Shown: piece after piece, positions 1 to 7,255 of the stretch | Layout: every line of letters starts with the position of its first letter | Position numbering within the stretch: position 1 is the first letter of the stretch | Source: Candidatus Omnitrophota bacterium | Lineage (GTDB): Bacteria > Omnitrophota > Gorgyraeia > VGKH01 | Assembly (NCBI GenBank): GCA_043819095.1 | Contig: JBDRFF010000020.1 | Location: 35,890-99,889 of the forward strand | DNA length: 64,000 nt | Direction of reading: 5' to 3' | Program-made: the position numbers and the translations under genes | The notes under the pieces: model-generated | Database searches by the model: none | What the model was told of the DNA's origin: nothing | What the model saw: the letters and a program-made list of their open reading frames with translations, nothing else

Positions 1-503
1 TATTTCTCTCCTGAAATCCTCTTACGATATCAACAGCAGTTTTGTTATCCGGGGCTGCACCTAATATAGCTGCGAAACCAGGAAGTCTTCCGTCGACTAA
101 CTGAATGCCTAAAGAACGAATTATCGTATCGGTGAAAAATCCATTACAATCTACTTGAGGCTCTTCATTATAAAGATAACGCAGAACCATAATAATCTCT
201 TCACAAAGTAACGTAGCAATCCCCGCATCTAATACTCCTCCTAAATAAGGCAACCAGATCTTATCCGATGGAACCTCAGGTAAAAGCGACCTAGCATGTT
301 CTAATATTTCTTTTGCGTCCTTTAAAGTCTTCGCCTCTTTTGCCATTAAAGCATTTGCCATCGGCAAATAAAAAGCTGTGCTTGGAAATTCAATTTTCTG
401 CGACTCGCTTTTCTCTTCAATAGCTTTATTGAGTTTGGATTCCGATTCCTTAAAAATCTGATGAGCGCCTCTAATTACAGCCTGAGCGACTATCTTAGAC
501 ATA
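1..503 (-). CDS. acsB: Acetyl-CoA synthase (CODH/ACS catalytic subunit AcsB), N-terminal fragment; gene continues beyond window start
   Basis: Manual reverse-strand translation from ATG at 503-501 gives MSKIVAQAVIRGAHQIF...TAFYLPMANALMAKEAKTLKDAKEIL...LPGFAAILGAAPDNKTAVDIVRGFQE. This aligns by eye with the Moorella-type AcsB N-terminus (TAYYLPV..., IPGEAIILGRAKDSKALAKIV). Not in the ORF track because it is truncated by the window edge. The start overlaps the stop of the upstream gene by 8 nt. Confidence 0.65.
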
Positions 504-1793
504 AGTCCTTTCTTCCTCTCTTACTAAATCTCTGATATCAGCGAAACTGAAGTTTTCATTTAATAATCTATCTTTAATATTGGTTATATCTATTTTTTCT
601 TTGATTAATTTTAAGAATACTCCGGACTGATTGATATTCCCAACCAAAACTGCTCCAACTAATCGATTCCCGGCTATAACTAATTTTTTATAAATCTCTA
701 AACCGGGAAAAGATTTTGATAAGATTTCTTGGTTTTCGCCTTCTTTATAAATCCCCATTGAGACAACCGGCAAATCAAAAAACTCAACTGAATTTAATCC
801 TAAAGAACCTTCGTATTTTATATTTTCACCAGCGATATTGCTTCCGGCGATTTTGCCTTGTTCAACTGCGTGCGGCCAAAGAGCATTGACTATTGGCTTA
901 TTTAATGTGATATCAAAAGTCTCGCAGACATCGCCTGCAGCGTAGATATTTGGAATATTTGTCTTCATGTTTTCATCAACACAAATTCCATCACTGATTT
1001 TTATCTCGGTCTCAGAAATTATATCAGTGTTGGGTTGAACACCTTTTGCTACAACCACAATCTGACAAGCAATAACTTTATTATTATCTAAACGCACTGC
1101 TTTAAGATCACCATTTCCGACTATTTCTGTGATGCTTCTTCCTGTCAGTATCTCAATTCCATTGTCTGATAATCTCTTCTGCACAAGTTGGGCTGCTTGC
1201 TTATCAACCACTTGAGATAAAACATAAGGCGATCTTATAATAACTTTTACATCCTTGCCTCTTTTTCTCAGACCATATGCAGCTTTTAATCCGATAAGTC
1301 CGCCTCCGGAAACACAGGCAGTATCTGCCATCGTCACTAATTGTAAAATGTCTTTAGTATCTTTTATAGTTCTAAAACCGAATACTCCTTTTTTCTTGAT
1401 TCCTTTTAATTCGGGAAATTTCGGGCTTGCGCCATTAGCCAAAAGAAGCGCATCATAATCAAGTTGTAATTTAGACGATTTTGATTTCTTATCTTCTTCT
1501 TTGTTCTCTGAAACATCTTCAGCTACAACACGATTTTTCTTAGGATCGACCCTCACTACCTTTGTGCCTAATTTAAGCTCTGCGTTCTGCTCTTTGAAGA
1601 ATTCATTGCTGCGATAAACTAACTTTTCTTCCGTCACTTTTCCGGCCAGAAAATCAGAGATAACGCATCGACAATAAGAAGGATAATCCTCATCGGATAA
1701 AACGATAATCTTTGATTCTTTATCCTTTTTTCTTATTGCCTCAACAGCGGCAACGCCTGCTGCTGAATCTCCGATAATGATTACTTGTTTCAT
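495..1793 (-). CDS. FAD/NAD(P)-binding pyridine nucleotide-disulfide family oxidoreductase (CooF-associated FNOR-like)
   Basis: N-terminal GxGxxG dinucleotide fold (IIGDSAAGVAAVEAI), a second Rossmann motif (VSGGGLIGLKAAYGL) and a GD motif (AAGDVCE) typical of NADH oxidase/CoA-disulfide reductase-like enzymes. Sits between cooF and acsB. Confidence 0.7.
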   Translation of the reverse strand: MKQVIIIGDSAAGVAAVEAIRKKDKESKIIVLSDEDYPSYCRCVISDFLAGKVTEEKLVYRSNEFFKEQNAELKLGTKVVRVDPKKNRVVAEDVSENKEEDKKSKSSKLQLDYDALLLANGASPKFPELKGIKKKGVFGFRTIKDTKDILQLVTMADTACVSGGGLIGLKAAYGLRKRGKDVKVIIRSPYVLSQVVDKQAAQLVQKRLSDNGIEILTGRSITEIVGNGDLKAVRLDNNKVIACQIVVVAKGVQPNTDIISETEIKISDGICVDENMKTNIPNIYAAGDVCETFDITLNKPIVNALWPHAVEQGKIAGSNIAGENIKYEGSLGLNSVEFFDLPVVSMGIYKEGENQEILSKSFPGLEIYKKLVIAGNRLVGAVLVGNINQSGVFLKLIKEKIDITNIKDRLLNENFSFADIRDLVREEERTYV

Positions 1794-1795
1794 AA

Positions 1796-1992
1796 TTATT
1801 GCTTTCTTTAATGAGCGCTTGACTTATGGAACAAAAGTGACATAAGTCAAATGCGCGAATTAACCCCCACTGTTTCGTTTTGGTTCGCTTTGCTTCACCA
1901 AAAGCGAAACAAAACGGTGGGGGCAAATTCAGCCAGACGACTTAGCTTCCTCCGACGATACGTCGGAATCGTTAAGTCGTGGCTTCATTTCC
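1796..1992. repeat. Modular nested-palindrome intergenic repeat element, copy A (H1 variant 2; H2 = cccccactgtttcg...cgaaacaaaacggtggggg; H3 degenerate)
   Basis: Shares left end ttaatgagcgc, H1 hairpin gcgcttgacttatgg/cataagtcaaatgcgc, linker gaattaacccc, linker ggggcaaattcagcca, H3 cgacttagcttcctccgacg-ata-cgtcggaatcgttaagtcg and right end gtggcttcattt with copies B-E. The cooF stop (1929) lies inside it. Confidence 0.7.
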
Positions 1993-2426
1993 TCTTCTTC
2001 TACCCAAAGAACTGCTTTAACCGGGCAAGCCTTTACACACTGCGGCTCGCCGATATCAGTACACAAATCACATCTAACAGGAATTTTTACTTTTTTATTC
2101 GGCCTGATAGCACCATAAGGACAAACCATTACGCACATCCAGCAACCTACGCATTTATCTTCATCGTATAAAATCTGACCGGTTTTCTCATCTTTTGATA
2201 TTGCCGCAGCCATACAAGCAGCTACACATTTGGGATCCTTACAATGCCTGCAGCTCATAGGATAATTTTTATCTTTAGAAAAGGTAATCTTTATGCGTGG
2301 TAAAGATTTATCCTTCTCCTTGATCATCTTTTCCAATTCTTTGGAGACCGAATGCGAAATAGCACAGGCAAGTTCACAGGATTTACAACCTAAACATTTC
2401 TCGACGTCAAAATAAATCTTTTTCAT
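1929..2426 (-). CDS. cooF: CooF-type 4Fe-4S ferredoxin (CO dehydrogenase iron-sulfur electron-transfer subunit)
   Basis: Multiple CxxCxxCxxxCP cluster motifs (CLGCKSCELAC, CVGCWMCVMVCPYGA, CDLC...CVKACP). Lies immediately downstream of cooS. Confidence 0.8.
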   Translation of the reverse strand: MKKIYFDVEKCLGCKSCELACAISHSVSKELEKMIKEKDKSLPRIKITFSKDKNYPMSCRHCKDPKCVAACMAAAISKDEKTGQILYDEDKCVGCWMCVMVCPYGAIRPNKKVKIPVRCDLCTDIGEPQCVKACPVKAVLWVEEEEMKPRLNDSDVSSEEAKSSG

Positions 2427-2445
2427 ATTATTTTGGTAATTTTTT

Positions 2446-2541
2446 AACGCAGATTATCGCAAATCTAACGCAGATACACACAGATTTTATCCTTATGGAC
2501 AATCTGCGACCATCTGCGTGCAATCCGCGAATATCTGCGTT
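2446..2541. promoter_or_regulatory. ~95-bp imperfect palindrome made of eight 8-mer (AACGCAGAT / ATCTGCGT-like) repeats at ~11-bp spacing, between cooS stop and cooF start
   Basis: Left arm: aacgcagat (2446), tcgcaaatc (2457), aacgcagat (2467), cacagattt (2479). Right arm in inverse orientation: aatctgcga (2501), catctgcgt (2511), aatccgcga (2522), atctgcgtt (2533). Symmetry centre near 2493. Confidence 0.5.
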
Positions 2542-2557
2542 CAAAAACTATTCCCAT

Positions 2558-4489
2558 TTATTTTTTTCCTGTTTTAACTGCCTCCTGATACATCATTGGC
2601 TGCAGTTTAAGCGCCTCACGCTTTTTATTTATATGATCAATCATCATTTTTGCTGCTTTTAAAGGATCTGCCTCAAATGCAAATTTTCCTCCGCAAATAG
2701 ACTCCATATCCTCAGTCAAAAATTTAGTTACATTTTGACTCCCTAAGACAGGCATTGCCCCGCCTAAAACTGTAAACACGCCTGAAGAAACAAAATAAAA
2801 TCCGATGCTTATTGCCTTTTCCGACATCCACTCTGGCGCTGCTCCGGCTGCGGGAAGATCTGAAATATCTTCACCAAGACCCCCTTCTTTCAAAACTTCA
2901 GTTGCTGCGATTAGAATTCGACTATTATCTACGCAAGAGCCCATATGTAATACAGGCGGAATACCTACTGCTTCGCAAATTTCTTTCAAACCTTTGCCTG
3001 CTGCTTCAAATGCTGCTTCTGGCTGTAACAATCCAGCCTTACCGCAAGCGATAGCAGAGCATCCTGTCGATAAAACAATCACATCATTTTTAAGTAATTC
3101 TTTGACCAAAGTCAGATGGCCAAAATCGTGAGTAATTTTAGGATTATTGCAACCCACAACTCCTGCGATACCACGAATCCTTCCGTTAATGATAGCTTCA
3201 TTTAAAGGCTTAAAGGTGTTAAGATATTTCCCACCTAAAATGCGCGAAACTATTTCAGTTGAAATCCCTGCAATTAAATCTTTCTTTTCTTTGGGAATAA
3301 AAACTCTGTTTTTATCTCTTTTCTTATAATTCTCGATTGCCTTTTTCACAATCGATTTCATTATATTTATGGCGTCGTGTTCATCAAAGTGGATAAATGT
3401 CACGCCGGGAAACTTTGCCTTTTCCGACGTGGTAATAATCTCAGTATGAAAACATTTGGCAACATCAATCAAACCCGGCATAATACACTGGATATCGACC
3501 ATCATCATTTCTACCGCGCCTGTGGCGATGGCTAATTCCTGTTGCAGGAAATTTCCTGCTAAAGGCACTTCATGACGCATCAGGACTTCATTTGCCGTAC
3601 AGCACATTCCGGCTAAATTTATTCCAGCTGCGCCTGCTTCTTTTGCCAATTTTATCATCTCCGGGTCTTTGACCACCTGGGCTGCTGCCTCAGGAAGAAG
3701 CGCTTCGTGGCCGTGAACAATAATATTAACCTGATCCTCTTTCAATACACCCAGATTAACCGTCCCTCGTATTGGTTCGGGAGTACGCAAAAGGATATCC
3801 TGGGCTTCGGTTGCAATCATCGAACCGCCCCAGCCATCCCCAAGACTTGTCCTCATTCCGTGCAAAATTATACTCTTATATTCATTATCCACTCCAATAT
3901 GAACCCTATGCATGGCTTCAACAATTTCTCTATCAACACCGCGAGGAATAATGCCTGCCTTTTTCCAAACCGCGATTCTCTTCTTAGGAGCGCGGACGAT
4001 AAATTTAAGCGGGCCTTCCTGCGCGCCAAAATCCTCTAAAAACTTATCGCCTAAATCCGCAGCAATATCTTCTTTGGAACGACCTTCAATTTTGATACCA
4101 TACATCTTGGCCATTTCCTTTAATTTATCTTCGTCTTGAATTTTATAATCGTGGATTTTGCCTTTGCCAACTAAATGAAGCGCGTGCGCAACGCCTCTTC
4201 CGTGGTCTGAATGCGCAGCAGCTCCACAGGCAATATGGCGAAGCAAATTTCGCGCGACAATTGTGTCTGCATCGGCGCCACAAACTCCACACTGTGTGCC
4301 TTCGCCAAATGGATCAATCCTACAAGGCCCAAGATAACAATTCGTACAACAAATCCCTAACTGCCCAAAACCGCACTGCGGTTGCATTTCTTCATGTCTG
4401 TCCCAAATTGTCTTAAAAGATTCGCCTTGAATCTTTTTTAAAACTTCTTGGGTTGCTGGATCAACCGATCGCTTAGTTACATCACTCAT
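2558..4489 (-). CDS. cooS: Anaerobic Ni-dependent carbon monoxide dehydrogenase catalytic subunit (CooS/AcsA)
   Basis: 643 aa. N-terminal CGFGQLGICCTNCYLGPCRI cluster B/D motif and overall CooS-like length. Strong SD (AGGAGG) 8 nt upstream on the minus strand. Confidence 0.9.
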   Translation of the reverse strand: MSDVTKRSVDPATQEVLKKIQGESFKTIWDRHEEMQPQCGFGQLGICCTNCYLGPCRIDPFGEGTQCGVCGADADTIVARNLLRHIACGAAAHSDHGRGVAHALHLVGKGKIHDYKIQDEDKLKEMAKMYGIKIEGRSKEDIAADLGDKFLEDFGAQEGPLKFIVRAPKKRIAVWKKAGIIPRGVDREIVEAMHRVHIGVDNEYKSIILHGMRTSLGDGWGGSMIATEAQDILLRTPEPIRGTVNLGVLKEDQVNIIVHGHEALLPEAAAQVVKDPEMIKLAKEAGAAGINLAGMCCTANEVLMRHEVPLAGNFLQQELAIATGAVEMMMVDIQCIMPGLIDVAKCFHTEIITTSEKAKFPGVTFIHFDEHDAINIMKSIVKKAIENYKKRDKNRVFIPKEKKDLIAGISTEIVSRILGGKYLNTFKPLNEAIINGRIRGIAGVVGCNNPKITHDFGHLTLVKELLKNDVIVLSTGCSAIACGKAGLLQPEAAFEAAGKGLKEICEAVGIPPVLHMGSCVDNSRILIAATEVLKEGGLGEDISDLPAAGAAPEWMSEKAISIGFYFVSSGVFTVLGGAMPVLGSQNVTKFLTEDMESICGGKFAFEADPLKAAKMMIDHINKKREALKLQPMMYQEAVKTGKK

Positions 4490-4668
4490 TAATTATTCCT
4501 CCTTCAATGACGTCATAATTTACGGAGTCCTAAGACGACGTAAATTATACGTCTGAAATGAACCCCACTTCTTGCTTTCGCAAGAAAGCAGCGGGGTAAA
4601 TTCAGCCAAACAACTTATGTTCCTCCGACGGTACGTCGGAGGAACATAAGTTGTGGCTTCATTTAAAG
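4490..4668. repeat. Modular nested-palindrome intergenic repeat element, copy B (most compact; perfect H3 palindrome)
   Basis: ccttcaatgacg left end; H1 gacgtcataatttacg/cgtaaattatacgtc; H2 ccccac..cttgctttcgcaagaaagcag..cgggg; H3 acaacttatgttcctccgacg-gta-cgtcggaggaacataagttgt (21-bp perfect arms); right end gtggcttcattt. Fills the entire metF-cooS gap. Its left end supplies the AGGAGG SD of cooS. Confidence 0.75.
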
Positions 4669-5538
4669 CCCTACAGCGTCTAAAATTAAAGGAACTTGTT
4701 TGTCCCAGCCCAACGGCATAAGGTGTATTCCCTGACACATGGAATTTAATTCCTTAATCAGACGCGCAGCTATCTCAACGCTCTTTTTTGGTCTATCTTC
4801 TTTGGAAACACTTTTCATTTCTTCTATCAAATTATCCGGGACATTTACTCCCGCGACATTTTCATTCATGAATTTTGCCATACCGGCAGATTTTAAAAGC
4901 ACGATTCCGGCCATAATCGGAACTTTAATATGTTTTACTTTATTAATAAAAGTTTCGAACTGTTTTATATCATAAACCGCCTGCGTCTGGAAAAATTCAG
5001 CCCCTGCGGCTACTTTTTGTTCCATTTTCATAATCTGCGGTTCAATAGGATCTGCGCCGGGATTTACCACCGCGCCTTTACAGAATTTCGGCGCCGGGCC
5101 TTGAAGATCATTACCAACCATATCCTTACCTGATTCCAATGTTTTAATAACTTCCAACAGCTGAACGCTTTCTAAATCAAACACAGGCTTTGCGTCGGGA
5201 TGATCTCCTAATGAGACATGATCACCGGTTAAAGCTAAAACATTATCAATTCCTAATGCCGCAGCTGATAATAAATCCGATTGGAGTGCTAAACGATTTC
5301 TATCCCGGCAGGTCATCTGAAATATCGGCTCGAGTCCTTTTTCCTTTAATAGACGACATACTGCCAACGAACCAAGACGCATTACAGAACTCTGCAGATC
5401 AGTTACGTTAATTGCATCAACACGGTCACGAATTAACTCGGCATCTCCTAATAATTCTTTAGTTTCGATACCTTTGGGCGGACCGATTTCAGAAGTTAAT
5501 AAAAATTTTCCTTGTTTTATTTTCTCTTTAAAAGTCAT
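4663..5538 (-). CDS. metF: Methylenetetrahydrofolate reductase (small MetF type)
   Basis: 291 aa. MTHFR fold signatures (LTGDHVSLGDHPDAKPVFDLESVQLL; AGAEFFQTQAVYD). Adjacent to folD. No MetV-like partner seen. Confidence 0.8.
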   Translation of the reverse strand: MTFKEKIKQGKFLLTSEIGPPKGIETKELLGDAELIRDRVDAINVTDLQSSVMRLGSLAVCRLLKEKGLEPIFQMTCRDRNRLALQSDLLSAAALGIDNVLALTGDHVSLGDHPDAKPVFDLESVQLLEVIKTLESGKDMVGNDLQGPAPKFCKGAVVNPGADPIEPQIMKMEQKVAAGAEFFQTQAVYDIKQFETFINKVKHIKVPIMAGIVLLKSAGMAKFMNENVAGVNVPDNLIEEMKSVSKEDRPKKSVEIAARLIKELNSMCQGIHLMPLGWDKQVPLILDAVGL

Positions 5539-6383
5539 TTGGCTTGAATCTTTGTTGCTTCAACTAAATTACGCATTAACATTGTGACGGTTAATGGCCC
5601 TACGCCGCCTGGAACCGGCGTGATATATGATGCACGTTTGGAAGCTTCGTCAAATTCTACGTCTCCCACGATTTTTCCTTCAACGCGATTTATTCCTACA
5701 TCGATTACAATTGCGCCATCCATTATCCATTCGCCCTTAATTAATCCGGCTTTTCCTACGGCTACAACTAAAATCTCGGCTTTGTTTACATGTTCGATTA
5801 ATTTTCCAGCTTCTGAAGTTCCAATATGACAGACTGTTGTGGTTGCAAATTTCTCTAATAATAAAAGGCTTAAAGGTTTCCCTACGATTTCGCTATGCCC
5901 TACGATAACTACTTCTTTTCCGTAAAGATTAACTCCAGTCGCCTCAATCAAAGCCATTGCTGCCGCTGCAGTACAAGGCGCAATTCTTGCTTTACCCATT
6001 AAAACTTTTCCCAGATTTTGCGGATGCATTCCTTCGATATCTTTATCGGGTGAAATAAAACTACTGATTGCCTTATAATCTATCTGCTTTGGAAGCGGCA
6101 TCTGAACGATGATTCCGTTGACATTAACATCATTATTTAATTTCTGAATAAAATCAATTAAGCCTGGCTGATTCGTATCAGCCGGCAATCTTTCTAAACT
6201 ATATTCAATTCCTAAATTGTCTGCTGTCTTTTTCTGTGATTTGCAATAGGCTTCTGCGCCGACATTTTCACCGATGATGATGCTTGCTAAAACCGGCTTT
6301 TTGCCCAAGCTTGAAATTTCTTTCTTTAATGCCTCTTTGATTCCAGAAGCAATAATTTTTCCTTCAAGTAATTTGGCGGCCAT
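5535..6383 (-). CDS. folD: Bifunctional 5,10-methylene-THF dehydrogenase / 5,10-methenyl-THF cyclohydrolase
   Basis: 282 aa; MAAKLLEGKIIASGIKEALK N-terminus; NAD(P) site VVIVGHSEIVGKPL; PVPGGVGPLT C-terminal motif. Confidence 0.9.
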   Translation of the reverse strand: MAAKLLEGKIIASGIKEALKKEISSLGKKPVLASIIIGENVGAEAYCKSQKKTADNLGIEYSLERLPADTNQPGLIDFIQKLNNDVNVNGIIVQMPLPKQIDYKAISSFISPDKDIEGMHPQNLGKVLMGKARIAPCTAAAAMALIEATGVNLYGKEVVIVGHSEIVGKPLSLLLLEKFATTTVCHIGTSEAGKLIEHVNKAEILVVAVGKAGLIKGEWIMDGAIVIDVGINRVEGKIVGDVEFDEASKRASYITPVPGGVGPLTVTMLMRNLVEATKIQAK

Positions 6384-6932
6384 TTATATCCTCCAAGATT
6401 TAAATTGCTGCTTAATTCTTGCGACGAATTTCTTATCTTTTATATACGGAAGATTGATTTTCACGTTTACGATTGCAGATTTGATTGCAGCGCGAAGTAA
6501 GCTGTTTGCGACATGAACATCGCTGATTAAATACTTATTTCCTTTTTTTGCTAACACCGGACAAAGATTCAATGCTTGAAAACTTAATTCGGTAATCTTT
6601 ACGGGAACAATAGTTGCTTCTTTTAAGGATTTTTGATGTAAGGCGAAAGAGATCTTTTTGTTTCGAGCAACCTTATTATAAGTTATAACATCTAAATCAA
6701 CTAATTCAAGCAACTTTTTTCTTATTTTTCCCGATTCTTTTAATGACTTTTTGATATCTTTTTGGAATTTCTTATATTTTGGTTTGCCTATGGTAAAATT
6801 TGCTACCATAGAAAGCAATGCCGCGGCTGTTGCGCCAACAAGCGCTGCAGCTGAACCGCCTCCGGGAGCCGGCTTTCTTGCCGCTAAATCATCAAGATAT
6901 TCCCTTATACTTTTATTAGCATATTTTCTCAT
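6384..6932 (-). CDS. fchA: Cyclodeaminase/cyclohydrolase family protein (methenyl-THF cyclohydrolase FchA-like)
   Basis: 182 aa; N-terminal LDDLAARKPAPGGGSAAALVGATAAALLSMVANFT is the FtcD/FchA cyclodeaminase signature. Sits between fhs and folD. Confidence 0.75.
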   Translation of the reverse strand: MRKYANKSIREYLDDLAARKPAPGGGSAAALVGATAAALLSMVANFTIGKPKYKKFQKDIKKSLKESGKIRKKLLELVDLDVITYNKVARNKKISFALHQKSLKEATIVPVKITELSFQALNLCPVLAKKGNKYLISDVHVANSLLRAAIKSAIVNVKINLPYIKDKKFVARIKQQFKSWRI

Positions 6933-7255
6933 TTTATAAATTCCTCCACGTCTATGCCTCTCTTCTGGACATCATCAACCATTTTCTCCATTCGCTTTCG
7001 TTCTTCTTTGTCTTTTAACAATTTAAGAAATCTTTTTTCCATCTCCGGATTAACCTTCTCTTGTTGTTTGAACATCGACAAAAATAATACAGATAGAAAT
7101 ACTGCGAACAAAACAAGAACTGCGTCGCGAAAAAATTTACTTACTCTTATTCTTAGATGATGAGGATGTGGTTCGGCTTCTTTTTGAGGATGACTTTCGT
7201 CTTTCTTAAGTAAACTCTCCTCTTCTCTCCTAAAATAATCCTCTAATTTGTCCAT
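6929..7255 (-). CDS. Hypothetical small membrane protein (one TM helix, highly charged flanks)
   Basis: 108 aa ORF overlapping fhs (26 nt) and fchA (4 nt). Central hydrophobic segment AVLVLFAVFLSVLFLSMF flanked by K/E-rich regions. No recognisable family. Confidence 0.35.
   Translation of the reverse strand: MDKLEDYFRREEESLLKKDESHPQKEAEPHPHHLRIRVSKFFRDAVLVLFAVFLSVLFLSMFKQQEKVNPEMEKRFLKLLKDKEERKRMEKMVDDVQKRGIDVEEFIK

Noticed and set aside
2446-2541. Possibility that the 8-mer repeat array is a tiny CRISPR array
   Set aside because: The repeats are only 8-9 bp, the spacers are ~2-3 bp, and half the units are in inverse orientation, forming a palindrome. There are no cas genes nearby.
4490-4668. 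Searching repeat elements for embedded promoters (e.g. TATAAT at the H1 loop of copy B on the minus strand)
   Set aside because: A -10-like hexamer exists in copies B and C, but no acceptable -35 at 16-18 nt spacing was found, so no promoter call was made.
4520-4738. Small ORFs translated through the repeat elements (4520..4738 -, 1741..1926 -, 1851..2171 +)
   Set aside because: They run across palindromic repeat modules. The same peptide-like strings (NEATTY...) arise simply because the H3 palindrome is repeated. They also overlap the real metF/cooF/FNOR ends. Not credible genes.
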